From contig JBJKRI010000003.1 in the NCBI GenBank assembly GCA_046704725.1, positions 64,001 to 128,000 of the forward strand: a stretch of 64,000 nt of DNA, read 5' to 3'. Positions 18,920-28,319 of the stretch are shown piece by piece. The notes beneath the pieces were generated by a model, which had not been told where the DNA came from, searched no databases, and worked only from the letters and a program-made list of their open reading frames with translations. This DNA comes from Candidatus Woesearchaeota archaeon. GTDB taxonomy: Archaea > Nanobdellota > Nanobdellia > Woesearchaeales > SKIA01. Position 1 is the first letter of the stretch, and each line of letters starts with the position of its first letter. Both the position numbers and the translations under genes were made by a program.

Positions 18920-19126
18920 ATGGATATCAGGGCATTCAGAGACCAACTCCCGCAGTATCGCCACCTGTATCTGCTTTGGACCGGGGCCACCGCGCTCATC
19001 GTGCTGGCGCATTTCGCGCTGCCCGTCTCCCTCACGCTGGGTTTCGGACTACTCGCACTGGGCGCGCTCAACCTCGGCGCGGCGGGTGTGAGCTGTGCAT
19101 ACACTCTGGCGCACACCGCGGGCTGA
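18920..19126 (+). CDS. Small two-helix membrane protein
   Basis: 68-aa hydrophobic ORF with TTATAAA box ~25 nt upstream. Confidence 0.55.
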   Translation: MDIRAFRDQLPQYRHLYLLWTGATALIVLAHFALPVSLTLGFGLLALGALNLGAAGVSCAYTLAHTAG

Positions 19127-19157
19127 AACCCACGTTTTCGCCGATTCCGGGCACAGC

Positions 19158-19165
19158 TTTATAAA
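19158..19165 (+). promoter_or_regulatory. TATA box of PAN (probable leaderless or short-leader transcript)
   Basis: TTTATAAA ending 26 nt before ATG 19191. Confidence 0.55.
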
Positions 19166-19190
19166 TTACGGACTCTTGCACTAGTACTTC

Positions 19191-20351
19191 ATGCCCACGG
19201 AGGACAAGGAGAAAACCGACGATTCCAAGTCGGTGATGTACGACTATACCGTCAACACCGCCGAGCTCGAGGAGGAGAACCAGCTCCTTCGCCAGAGCAT
19301 CGACCAGCTGCGCGGCGAGGTCGACAGGTTCCGCAGCCCGCCGCTCATGGTCTGCGAGGTGGCAGAGCCGCAGGGCGACGGCTGGATCATCCGCATCCCC
19401 AACGGCAACAAGTTCTTCACCACGGTGAGCGCCGACTGCGGTCCCATCGCTCCCGGCGACACGGTGCTGTGCGAGCAGAAGAACCTCACCATCGTCCAGA
19501 AGATCGGTGCCGACCGCAAGTTCAACGTCGAGCAGTTCACCATCATCAGCAAGCCCGACGTCACCTTCCAGCAGATCGGGGGCCTCGACGAGCAGATCAA
19601 CGAGATCAAGGAGGTCGTTGAGCTCCCGCTCAAGAAGCCCGAGCTCTTCCAGGAGCTCGGTATCGAGCCGCCGCGCGGCATATTGCTCTACGGTGAGCCC
19701 GGCACGGGAAAGACCTTGCTTGCCAAGGCGGTCGCGAACAGCAGCGACGCGACCTTCATCGAGATCGTCGCCTCCGAGCTCGTGCAGAAGTTCATCGGCG
19801 AAGGGGCGAAACTCATCAGCGAGATCTTCGGCATGGCGCGCGAGCGCGCCCCGAGCATCGTCTTCATCGACGAGATCGACGCTTTGGCGTCAAAGCGCAT
19901 CGAGATCGGAACGTCCGGCGAGCGCGAGGTGCAGCGCACCTTCATGCAATTGCTCGCCGAGCTCGATGGCTTCACGCCGCTCGGCCAGGTCAAGATCATC
20001 GCCGCGACCAACCGCAAGGACATCCTCGATCCCGCCATCGTGCGTCCCGGACGCTTCGACCGGCTCATCAACATCCCGCTCCCCGACGAGAAGGGCATCG
20101 AGCGCATCTTCAAGATCCACACGCGCGCCATGAAGCTCGACAAGGATATCATCATCCCTTCATTGGTCCGCCGTTTGTGCGAGCAGGAGTTCTCGGGAGC
20201 GGAGATCAAGGCCGTCGCGACAGAGGCCGGCTACCTCGCCATCCGCGACGGGCGTCTCATGGTCAACCAGCACGATTTCGAGCAGGCCATCGAGCGCGTC
20301 ATCCGCATCGAGGAAGAGGAAGGCGGCGACTACATGCGCATGTTCGGCTAG
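19191..20351 (+). CDS. pan: Proteasome-activating nucleotidase (AAA ATPase)
   Basis: N-terminal coiled coil/OB fold, IGGLDEQINEIKEVVELPL, GEPGTGKT, DEID, RPGRFDR, C-terminal HbYX-like MFG. Confidence 0.93.
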   Translation: MPTEDKEKTDDSKSVMYDYTVNTAELEEENQLLRQSIDQLRGEVDRFRSPPLMVCEVAEPQGDGWIIRIPNGNKFFTTVSADCGPIAPGDTVLCEQKNLTIVQKIGADRKFNVEQFTIISKPDVTFQQIGGLDEQINEIKEVVELPLKKPELFQELGIEPPRGILLYGEPGTGKTLLAKAVANSSDATFIEIVASELVQKFIGEGAKLISEIFGMARERAPSIVFIDEIDALASKRIEIGTSGEREVQRTFMQLLAELDGFTPLGQVKIIAATNRKDILDPAIVRPGRFDRLINIPLPDEKGIERIFKIHTRAMKLDKDIIIPSLVRRLCEQEFSGAEIKAVATEAGYLAIRDGRLMVNQHDFEQAIERVIRIEEEEGGDYMRMFG

Positions 20352-20986
20352 AGCCGCTCCAGCACCTTCACGAGATTCCGCAGGTCCGACGAATCCACGA
20401 CGTGCGTCGCCGCGCGGCGCAGCTCGTCCGACTCGCTGTTGAAGGCGACCGAGCAGCCGACGATGCGGAACGCTTCGAGATCCTTCAACGTGTCGCCGAC
20501 GTACACGACCTCCGATAATGGGATGTTGAGATCTTCGCTGAGATGCTGTACGATTCGAGCCTTCTCCTGCGTCCCTTCCGCGACGAGGCCATGGAACTCG
20601 CCGGAGATCTTGCCGTCCCTGATGATGAGCTCGTTCGCGAAGAAATGGTCCACGACGAAGTTCCGGTCAATCCGCCGCGCGGCGTGCATGCTCCCGGCGC
20701 TCACGATCGCCGAGACGATATCGCGCTCGTGTATGAACGCGAACAATGCCTTGATCCCTCGCATGTAGGGCATGGATTCGATGAGATTGAGGTATGGTTG
20801 CGCTTCGCGACCTTTCCAGAGGCGTCCGACGACCTCGGCGACGAGACGGTCGTAGTCCGCTTCCAGGTATCGCTGCGTGAGCGCATCTCCCTCCGCGAGC
20901 GTGCCGAAGGCCTTGTGCGCCTCCATCCAGATATTGCGCCGGTCATCGATGAGGACGCCGTCCATGTCAAGGCAGATGAGCCGCAT
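20348..20986 (-). CDS. HAD-superfamily phosphatase (SerB-like, HAD-IB)
   Basis: DMDGVL motif I, IVSAG motif II, VGDTLKD motif IV. Confidence 0.88.
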   Translation of the reverse strand: MRLICLDMDGVLIDDRRNIWMEAHKAFGTLAEGDALTQRYLEADYDRLVAEVVGRLWKGREAQPYLNLIESMPYMRGIKALFAFIHERDIVSAIVSAGSMHAARRIDRNFVVDHFFANELIIRDGKISGEFHGLVAEGTQEKARIVQHLSEDLNIPLSEVVYVGDTLKDLEAFRIVGCSVAFNSESDELRRAATHVVDSSDLRNLVKVLERL

Positions 20987-21036
20987 ATCCGTTCGGAGAA
21001 GGATAGCGATATAAGGGTGTCGGGATTCGTCCGTGC

Positions 21037-21927
21037 ATGCGACTGTTGATCGTCGGCGACCTGCACGGCGCCATGCCAGAGCTCTCCACGACCGATGTCG
21101 ATGCTATCATCGCTCCGGGGGATTTCTGTCTCGACAAGGACATCCGTCCCTACGTGCTGCAGGCCTACCGGGCATATCTCGACGGGACCGACGACAAGGA
21201 ATGGTGGGAGATACCTCCGCTCGATGAGGCAAAGCGCATCGCGCGGGCATCCGCCGACGCCGGGCGTGCCATCCTCGAGCGTCTCGATAGCGTGGGCGTC
21301 CCGGTCTTTGTCATCCCGGGGAACTGGGATTTCACGGGCACGAACATTGATAGCGAGGCGAACGAGCATCTCTTCGGCTTCGACCCGTGGGAGGAGCTTC
21401 TGCTGCCCGGATTGAGGAACGTGCGCGACGCCGATCGCCGAGCCCTGCCGCTCGACGGCTTCACGATCATCGGCTATGGGCGCGTGAACGGTCCCGAACT
21501 CCTCGAGCACCGCGGCTATGATGACGAGGAAGCCGAGGAGGAGGCCCGCGCCGACTATGAAGAACTCAAAGAAGAGTATGATACATTGTTCAAGAAAGCC
21601 AAGGGCCCGACCATCCTGCTCTCGCACAACGTGCCGTACGATACGCCGCTCGACGCGATAGACAATCCCGACTCTCCCAAGAACGGCGAGCACTACGGCT
21701 CGAACCTCGCGCGCTATCTCATCGAGGAGCACCATCCGCTCCTCTGCGTCGCTGGGCATATGCACGAGCACTTCGGACGCTACGACCTCGACGGAACGGT
21801 CTGTATCAACTCCGGTTTCGGCGGCAAGGTCAACACGCTTGTCACCACCGAGGACGGCAAGGTGACCGACGTGACATTCGTGGGAAAGAGCGCGGTCCCC
21901 GGCCACGAGGACGCGAAGGTCTACTGA
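21037..21927 (+). CDS. Calcineurin-like metallophosphoesterase
   Basis: GDLHG, GDF, PGNWD, SHNVP, GHMHE motifs. Confidence 0.9.
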   Translation: MRLLIVGDLHGAMPELSTTDVDAIIAPGDFCLDKDIRPYVLQAYRAYLDGTDDKEWWEIPPLDEAKRIARASADAGRAILERLDSVGVPVFVIPGNWDFTGTNIDSEANEHLFGFDPWEELLLPGLRNVRDADRRALPLDGFTIIGYGRVNGPELLEHRGYDDEEAEEEARADYEELKEEYDTLFKKAKGPTILLSHNVPYDTPLDAIDNPDSPKNGEHYGSNLARYLIEEHHPLLCVAGHMHEHFGRYDLDGTVCINSGFGGKVNTLVTTEDGKVTDVTFVGKSAVPGHEDAKVY

Positions 21928-21975
21928 GCGTTGAACCTATTGAATGGGATTGCCGTTGTGGAATGATCGGGGCGA

Positions 21976-22518
21976 TCAATCGGTCGGGTAGAGCGCTTCC
22001 AGCAATTCCGGGAAGTATTCGTGCGGGACGATGAGATTCTTTGGATCCGTGCTCTTGATGAGGATCTTGAACTCTGAAAGAGAGAGCCAACGGACCTCAG
22101 CGACCTCTTCTTCTTGGAGCTGAAGGTCATCAGGATTGCCTTTCCAACGGAGCAGGAATACGTAGTTGAACTCGTTGTTGATCCAATCAGGACGAGGGCG
22201 CGTTTCACTACGGTGGACGAAAAGCTGCTTGAGCTCGTCGGGAGAGACGGAGATCCCGAGCTCTTCGTTGAGCTCGCGCACGCCGGAGGTTCGTGCATCC
22301 TCTCCCGCGCTGATGTGGCCCGCAGCGCTGATGTCCCAATACCCGGGATGGCTCGGTTTTACATATGCGCGTCTCTGGAGAAGGATGTCTCCATCGTGAT
22401 TCTGGATCCAGATGTGGACTGTGCGGTGCCATATGCCGTCACGGTGGGCGATCGATTTGGGTGTCGTCTCCCCTGTGAGTTGGCCGTATTTATCCAAGAC
22501 GTCGATGATCTCCTCCAT
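21976..22518 (-). CDS. NUDIX hydrolase (IPP isomerase type 1-like)
   Basis: HRDGIWHRTVHIW, WDISAAGHISAGE...VRELNEELG; start could be 22551. Confidence 0.85.
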   Translation of the reverse strand: MEEIIDVLDKYGQLTGETTPKSIAHRDGIWHRTVHIWIQNHDGDILLQRRAYVKPSHPGYWDISAAGHISAGEDARTSGVRELNEELGISVSPDELKQLFVHRSETRPRPDWINNEFNYVFLLRWKGNPDDLQLQEEEVAEVRWLSLSEFKILIKSTDPKNLIVPHEYFPELLEALYPTD

Positions 22519-22547
22519 GACCGGCGATTGGAGTGTCACTTCATAAA

Positions 22548-23555
22548 TCAATCGACACGGATGTCCAGCGACCAGCGGTGCACGCCAGGGGCGAGATTGC
22601 CGCAGCGCTGGATGTGCTCGACCTTGCCGGCTCTCCCCAGCTGACGGAGCCGTTCGGTAATCGTCTTTGCGAAAGCCTCCACTTCCTCCGCTGTCGCGAA
22701 GTGGTAGAGATGGATCATCCCGTTCTCCTTCGTGGCAGGCACTGCCACATCGAGGAAGTCCTCGGCCGTGTGCGGCAAGGGCATCGCGATGCGGTCGAAC
22801 TGCCCGAGTTCGGGAACGATGACGCGCACGTCCCCCTGCAACGCCTTCGTCTTTTTCTCGACGTGGTTCTTGACGATGTTCTGCTCTGCATATCGATGCG
22901 CATCCTCGTTCAGCTCCACGCCGATGACCTCGCTCGCCTCCGTGTGCTTGGCGATCACCAAGGTGAACGGCCCGATGCCGCTGAACATGACGAGCACGCG
23001 TTCGCCCGGCCGCACCAGTGACGCGACGCGCTTTCTCTCCGTGGATGATCGCACCGAGTAGTAGGTCTTCCTGATATCCAAGCGCATGCGCACGCCGTTC
23101 TCGGTCACCGTCGTCTCGAAGCGATCCTCTCCTGCGAGGTGCACGTATTCCTGCAGCCGCAGCTCCCCCTCGTGCTTTCCCGCTTTGCGCACGACGACCT
23201 TCACCGACGGGTACAATGACAGCAGCGTCTCGCCGATGAGCTTCTCCTTGCTGCGCAGCTCCTCGTCGACCTCCATGATCGCGATGTCCCCGACTAGGTC
23301 GTACGCCGTCTTCAATCGCGAGAGCTCTTCCGCGCTCAATTTTTCCGACAATTCGGTGCGCAGGTCGGTGCTCGTCTCGACCTGCTCTAGCTCCGCATCA
23401 ACCGTCCCGTAGCCTTCCGGTTCTCTCATGACAGGAATGAGGAACGAATCCCTCTCCTTGCGAGGCTTTCTCGAGAAGTCGATGACCCCTTCTGCCTGCA
23501 ATTCCTTGCGCACCCGCTCAGCATCCTTGAGCCGCACGCGCACCGCGAGTCCCAT
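22548..23555 (-). CDS. trm5: Trm5/Taw22-family tRNA methyltransferase (Met-10+-like)
   Basis: AYDLVGDIAI, TENGVRMRLDI, MFSGIGPF, ELNEDA, DRIAMPLP. Confidence 0.85.
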   Translation of the reverse strand: MGLAVRVRLKDAERVRKELQAEGVIDFSRKPRKERDSFLIPVMREPEGYGTVDAELEQVETSTDLRTELSEKLSAEELSRLKTAYDLVGDIAIMEVDEELRSKEKLIGETLLSLYPSVKVVVRKAGKHEGELRLQEYVHLAGEDRFETTVTENGVRMRLDIRKTYYSVRSSTERKRVASLVRPGERVLVMFSGIGPFTLVIAKHTEASEVIGVELNEDAHRYAEQNIVKNHVEKKTKALQGDVRVIVPELGQFDRIAMPLPHTAEDFLDVAVPATKENGMIHLYHFATAEEVEAFAKTITERLRQLGRAGKVEHIQRCGNLAPGVHRWSLDIRVD

Positions 23556-23586
23556 TGTTCTTCGGAAAGGAGCTGCCTATAAGAAG

Positions 23587-24453
23587 CTACACGATGAGGA
23601 TCACGCCGGCGACCATGATGGCGCAGCCGAGCGTCTTTCTCCACACGCCGTCCTCGTGGAACAATCGGCCGCCCAGTATCGTCTCCATGAGGGTCGCTGT
23701 CCGTCTGATGGGTATCGCCAGCGAGATGAGCGCTCCGGGAAGCGCGATGGCTGAGTAGAACAGGCTGATGTCCGTGATCGCTGCCGCGGCGCTGAACAAG
23801 AGCCAGAACCATCCTTTGCGCAGGTCTCGTGCGACCCCGCGCAAGCGGTACTTGGCATAGTTCGCGCCCAGGCTGATGAGTGCTGTGAACAAGTAGAGCC
23901 AGAATAGGTAGGTGAACACGGGCACTCCCACGCGTGTCAGGAAGGTCTTGTCCACCATGGACTGCACGGAGAGCAATACAAGGACGAGGAACACCAGTCC
24001 GGTGTACGGGTGTTTTCGGAGCGTCTTGAGCGGACGCAGAACGTGTCCCCTGCGGGCGTCGAGCAGGTATCCTCCCGCGGCGATCAATAGGATGCCGCCG
24101 ATCTGTATGATGGCGGGGTGCTCTCCCAGCAGGATGACCGCCAGTGGCAGCAAGACGATGGGCGAGATGTTCCACAATGGTGCGACCGTGCTTATCGGCA
24201 AGTGCCGCACCGCCCGGTTCTTGTAGACGAGCAATGTGGCGAGCAGGGCAGCCGAGCCGACGATCGCGAGGAGCACCGGCCATGACGGTATCGATACGAG
24301 CGGTATGAGAAACAAGAGGATGAGCAGCCGGAACGGCGCTTCAGCAGCGACCTGCTCCATCGGGTGTTCGTGGTTAAGGATGTGTTTGCGCACGAGGTCG
24401 CCGAGCGCGACGGCGAGCGCCGAGAATCCCGCGAGAATGTACCATTGGACCAC
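23587..24453 (-). CDS. EamA/DMT-family transporter
   Basis: 10 TM helices in two repeats; PISTVAPL and LLGE motifs. Confidence 0.85.
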   Translation of the reverse strand: MVQWYILAGFSALAVALGDLVRKHILNHEHPMEQVAAEAPFRLLILLFLIPLVSIPSWPVLLAIVGSAALLATLLVYKNRAVRHLPISTVAPLWNISPIVLLPLAVILLGEHPAIIQIGGILLIAAGGYLLDARRGHVLRPLKTLRKHPYTGLVFLVLVLLSVQSMVDKTFLTRVGVPVFTYLFWLYLFTALISLGANYAKYRLRGVARDLRKGWFWLLFSAAAAITDISLFYSAIALPGALISLAIPIRRTATLMETILGGRLFHEDGVWRKTLGCAIMVAGVILIV

Positions 24454-24496
24454 GTGCTCACCTGTCTCTTGCCCCCGGACGCTCCTTTAAAAGTCT

Positions 24497-25522
24497 TTAG
24501 AAGTATTCTCCTAGTCCGCGCTGCTGGCGAGCGGTCGTCAGCTTTCCGAGCGTGTCGTCCACGCGCTTCGCGCTGAACTCGAAGCGTTCCACGAGAAGAG
24601 CGTGCGCCTTGTCGCGGTCGGGCTGTCCCCACACCACGCTGTAGTCGTCTGTCACCGGCATGTGCGCGATGATATCGTAGACCTCTTTCCAGTCCACGTC
24701 CTGGTGCGCTTCCCATTGCGCTTCTTCGAAGATCGCCTTCAGGTCCTCGCCGTGCTCGCGCACGAGCTTCAGGCTCTTCTTCGGTCCGAGCCCCTTGATG
24801 CCTCCAGGATTGAAGTCCGTCCCGACGAGCATTCCGAGCGCGATCAATTGCTTGTGCGATATCTGCAACCGCGCGAGTTCCGTGGAGAGCGTGATGACCT
24901 CGGGGTGCACGGTGTAGTACGCGCTCGTCCCAGGTCGCTTGCGGCGTCCGGTGATGGAGAGGTTCTTGAGCATGCGTGGCGCGCCGAACAAGAGACAGTC
25001 CATGTCCTGGCTCCCGACGTACTCTGCGTCCCCGCGCTTGACCATGTGCGCCGCTTGCGCCTCGGCCTCCGCGGGCGCCTGCACCCACGGTATGCCTAAC
25101 GCTTCAAGCAGCTGTTGCGATTCGCGCACCATGGCGCGCGTCAATACAGCGGTCCTCCCGGCGTACTTGCGCATGCCTTCGATGTCCTCGCTCTTCACGG
25201 CTTCTTGGTGGAGACGGGCGGCTTCCTGCTTGATCTCCTTCCGCCGTTCGCGCTCCCGATGCTTGAGAACGGGTGTCTTGCCGTCGTAGACGAAGACCAA
25301 TCGCAGGTTGCTCTCCAGCAATGTGCTCACGCGCGCGAACAGTCCGACAAGGTGGCTGGTCACCTCTCCCTTGCTGTTCTTGAGCGGGGTCCCGTCACGC
25401 ATGCGTATCGTGGTGAGGAACTGGTAGAGCATGTTGAACGCGTCCACCGCGATGACGCGGTGCGCGAGCTCTCCGAGCTGTATCTCCTCTCCGTGCAGGA
25501 TGCTGCTAATTGCGACTCCCAA
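24497..25522 (-). CDS. fen: Flap endonuclease 1
   Basis: MGV start (TTG), DAFNMLYQFL, EAEAQAA, SQDMDCLLFG, GTDFNPGGIKGLGPKK, C-terminal PIP box QRGLGEYF. Confidence 0.96.
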   Translation of the reverse strand: MGVAISSILHGEEIQLGELAHRVIAVDAFNMLYQFLTTIRMRDGTPLKNSKGEVTSHLVGLFARVSTLLESNLRLVFVYDGKTPVLKHRERERRKEIKQEAARLHQEAVKSEDIEGMRKYAGRTAVLTRAMVRESQQLLEALGIPWVQAPAEAEAQAAHMVKRGDAEYVGSQDMDCLLFGAPRMLKNLSITGRRKRPGTSAYYTVHPEVITLSTELARLQISHKQLIALGMLVGTDFNPGGIKGLGPKKSLKLVREHGEDLKAIFEEAQWEAHQDVDWKEVYDIIAHMPVTDDYSVVWGQPDRDKAHALLVERFEFSAKRVDDTLGKLTTARQQRGLGEYF

Positions 25523-26405
25523 TCTCCACCACCGTGATTTCCTGCAGTTCTTTCGCCTTTTTCGCTTTTTGGGTGACCTGCCCTGTCGTCACGTACAATG
25601 CGGGGAGCATCCGTCTTTTCGCCGCGAGGATAGCCGCCGCCAGATCCCCGTCGGAGGAGCGCTTCTTGCTGCGTGCCTTGCAGAAATACGTGATATCCCC
25701 CACAGGTGTCGGCATGCGCACGACGCATTCGACGTCGCTGTCCTTTCGCACCTCGTTGAACTCCTCGACATGGATGCCTCTCTTGCTGAAGTAATCGAGC
25801 AGGCGCTTGCCGAAAGCGCTCTGCGCTGTGACCTCTTGCGGCAGGTGCTGCTGTGCCGCGCCCTTCGGCATTTTCGGCTGCGGTTTCGGCTTTTCGACGG
25901 GTTTCGCTGCGACCTTCGGTTGCGGCTTCGTCTCCGGCGCTGCCGGCTCGGGTTTCGTCTTGCCGAGCATCGCGCGGATGCGCTGCCCCGCTTCTTCTGA
26001 AGGCAGAAGGAACCACCGGTAGAAGGTCTCTTCCTCCTGTCCGGTCTTGACCTGTATGGGGATGGCGAAGTCGGGCGTGTTCTTGAGGCAGACGCGTGTG
26101 AGCGGTTCTTCTTGTACCGGCCGCAACACGCCTTCTGTTCTCAGGCGTTCTGCCACCCGTCGCTCTTTCTCGTTGAGATGCTTGGCCAGCTCGGCGACCT
26201 TCGGCCGTTGCTCTGGCGTGTAGTAGAAGCTGCTCGAGCCGAGCTTGACGTTCGTCCGCCGCAGCGTCCCTTTCTGCGTGAGGTCGGACAGGTACACGCT
26301 GATGAGCGTGCTGTCCGGCTGCTCCAGAGCCTTCCGGATGTCGTTGGGGATGATGGGTCCGCGCTGCCGCACCACGGCAAGGACTTGTTCGGACGTCAGG
26401 GGCAT
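25506..26405 (-). CDS. Hypothetical protein: N-terminal winged-helix-like region, P/K linker, C-terminal alpha/beta domain
   Basis: 299-aa ORF overlapping the fen start; VRQRGPIIPNDI...VKLGSSSFYY wHTH-like pattern. Confidence 0.75.
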   Translation of the reverse strand: MPLTSEQVLAVVRQRGPIIPNDIRKALEQPDSTLISVYLSDLTQKGTLRRTNVKLGSSSFYYTPEQRPKVAELAKHLNEKERRVAERLRTEGVLRPVQEEPLTRVCLKNTPDFAIPIQVKTGQEEETFYRWFLLPSEEAGQRIRAMLGKTKPEPAAPETKPQPKVAAKPVEKPKPQPKMPKGAAQQHLPQEVTAQSAFGKRLLDYFSKRGIHVEEFNEVRKDSDVECVVRMPTPVGDITYFCKARSKKRSSDGDLAAAILAAKRRMLPALYVTTGQVTQKAKKAKELQEITVVEIGSRN

Positions 26406-26442
26406 GCTTCAACCACCTGCCACGCCCTTTTATCGGTTGTGG

Positions 26443-26931
26443 TCAGAATCGCGTGTCGCTTGGCAATAGGTGGGTATGGTTGTTGCTCTGCCGGCGCACG
26501 CCGTATGTGCGACTCACCGCATGCCTGTCTGTGAAGGGGACGATCTCTTGCTTCAATGCCTCCACGGCGCGTGCGCGATCAGTGAACAGGAGGACCTTTC
26601 TGGGGTTCCTCGCGCCATAGCACACGACCGCGTCCTGTCCGACCGCTTCGTGGATGAGTGCGCTGAGGTGTGCTCTATCGATTTGTGCTAATCGATCGTT
26701 CTTCGGGCTAGCCGCTTCGTCGGCGATGTCCAGGCTCCCACGGTTGTAGCGCTGTCGCAATGCATCGCGTACCGCCGAGAGCGAGATGTAGGGTGTTTGT
26801 CCGCGGTCCAGCCATGCCTCTACGACCTCCCCGATTCTTTGGTGGTGTTTCTTGAGTCCTCCGTGCCGGGGAATTCCTGCTTGGGAGAGTTCGGCAACCA
26901 GCTCTTCGATGACCATGTTGTATTTACTCAA
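26443..26931 (-). CDS. Hypothetical protein
   Basis: 162-aa ORF filling the gap downstream of endA; start uncertain (26931 TTG or 26916 ATG). Confidence 0.55.
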   Translation of the reverse strand: MSKYNMVIEELVAELSQAGIPRHGGLKKHHQRIGEVVEAWLDRGQTPYISLSAVRDALRQRYNRGSLDIADEAASPKNDRLAQIDRAHLSALIHEAVGQDAVVCYGARNPRKVLLFTDRARAVEALKQEIVPFTDRHAVSRTYGVRRQSNNHTHLLPSDTRF

Positions 26932-26947
26932 AAGTAGTATATATTTC

Positions 26948-27487
26948 TTACGGTCGCACCCAGCGGATCTCGTAGTAGGTGACGTCGGCCTCGTCGTCCA
27001 CGATGCCGATCATGAGGCGCTTTTTCGTGCTGTGCGCCACGCGGTTCTTGGCCGCGAACTCGTACCAGGTCTGCTTCTCGCCCTCGTGGACGGGATACAC
27101 CACCCAGCGCGCGTGGTCCTCACCGGGCTTGATGCCCCGGTCGTAGACCCGGAAGTCGGCTCCGAACTTGAGCGCCGTCTTGACCACGTATCCCCTGTTG
27201 CGCAGGTCCTTGTAGACGCTGTAGCGCACCCAGAAGTCCGGCTCCACGCGCCGCGCGCGCCGCAGGTAGCTCTCGAAGCTGACGGTCTTTCCGCGCCCGT
27301 CCACGACTTCGATGCGTCCCTTCTCGGATAGATACAGTCCTTCGAGCAGGCTGAGCTGGAGCTTGCCGTCCTCGAGCAGGACGCCGTATGCGCTCTGCGA
27401 GCGCAGTTCATTGGCCTCGTCGCTCTGCTCGAGCAGGACTCGTTCGCGGGCCAGGATCGCCTTGAGGGCTTGCCGCTTCTCTTCCAT
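26948..27487 (-). CDS. endA: tRNA intron endonuclease (catalytic subunit)
   Basis: LSLLEGLYL, VYKDLRNRGYVVKTALKFGADFRVY, catalytic His (EDHA) and RVAHSTKK. Confidence 0.95.
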   Translation of the reverse strand: MEEKRQALKAILARERVLLEQSDEANELRSQSAYGVLLEDGKLQLSLLEGLYLSEKGRIEVVDGRGKTVSFESYLRRARRVEPDFWVRYSVYKDLRNRGYVVKTALKFGADFRVYDRGIKPGEDHARWVVYPVHEGEKQTWYEFAAKNRVAHSTKKRLMIGIVDDEADVTYYEIRWVRP

Positions 27488-27672
27488 GTTCTCGGGGACA
27501 CCCTTCGCGCTTTAAAATCCACCGGAAATCCCCGTTTTGTGGCCTTTTTTGGCTAATGGTGTATATTTTTTCCATATCTCCTTAAAAACGATGTTTGGCA
27601 GTTCAACGCAGCCTCCGGAACGCGTTTCCGGACCGTCGCTCCCCGACAGAGGAAGAGACGGAAGGTACCCCC

Positions 27673-28047
27673 ATGGCAGTTGCCAGAAAGAAAACCTCCA
27701 GAAGGGCGGCCAAGCGTCCGGCGAAGCGGACGGCCAAGAAGACGGCCAGGAAATCCGCGAAGCGTCCGGCGCGAAAGACGGCGAAGAAGCGTACGGTCAA
27801 GCGCGCTACGAAGCGCACTGCGAAGCGTGCTACCAAGAAGCGTACCGCTAAGCGTGCTACCAAGAAGCGTACGGCCAAGCGCGCGTCCAAGCGTACCGCG
27901 AAGAAGTCCGCGAAGAAGCGTACCGCTAAGCGTGCCACCAAGAAGAGCACTGCGAAGCGTGCTACCAAGAAGCGAACGACCAAGCGTGCCGCGAAGAAGA
28001 CGACCCGTCGCCCCGCCCGAAAGGCCTCCAAGAGATCCCGCAAATAA
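27673..28047 (+). CDS. Histone H1-like / Hc2-like Lys-Arg-Ala-Thr repeat protein
   Basis: 124 aa almost entirely K, R, A, T, S, P; tandem AKRATKKRT-type 9-mers; GAAGGT SD-like site; T-rich terminator follows. Confidence 0.8.
   Translation: MAVARKKTSRRAAKRPAKRTAKKTARKSAKRPARKTAKKRTVKRATKRTAKRATKKRTAKRATKKRTAKRASKRTAKKSAKKRTAKRATKKSTAKRATKKRTTKRAAKKTTRRPARKASKRSRK
27760..28000 (+). repeat. Degenerate 27-bp coding tandem repeat (AKRATKKRT units)
   Basis: Recurrent GCTAAGCGTGCTACCAAGAAGCGTACC-like units. Confidence 0.75.
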
Positions 28048-28066
28048 TCAATTCAAGACTGAATAG

Positions 28067-28093
28067 ATTCTTGTTTTCTTTTTTTCTTCTCAT
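28067..28093 (+). terminator. Archaeal oligo(T) terminator
   Basis: TTCTTGTTTTCTTTTTTTCTTCT right after the H1-like gene. Confidence 0.6.
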
Positions 28094-28190
28094 TCAAACT
28101 TCGATTCTGTATTGCTCGTTTTTCACAATGTTTTTAACCGAATCGCTCCGGTACGCGCGCATCCCTGTTGCGCAGGGCGGAGGTGCCCTG

Positions 28191-28235
28191 ATGGCTGCCA
28201 AGAAGACGAAGAAGAAGGCGACGAAGAAGAAGTAG
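28191..28235 (+). CDS. Putative 14-aa Lys-rich micropeptide MAAKKTKKKATKKK
   Basis: GGAGGTG Shine-Dalgarno at 28179-28185, ATG 28191, all Lys codons AAG, TAG stop; TTTTTAA box upstream at ~28131. Confidence 0.55.
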   Translation: MAAKKTKKKATKKK

Positions 28236-28319
28236 TTGCCGCGTCGCACCATACGCGAAACGATCCATTTTTCCTTTGTCTCCGTACCCTTTTTAAGGCC
28301 CTTCCCACTCTCGCCCCGC

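Noticed and set aside
27603-28043. Antisense ORF with hydrophobic RFLVARLAV repeats
   Set aside because: Mirror of the K/R/A repeat gene; SD, leader and terminator support the plus strand
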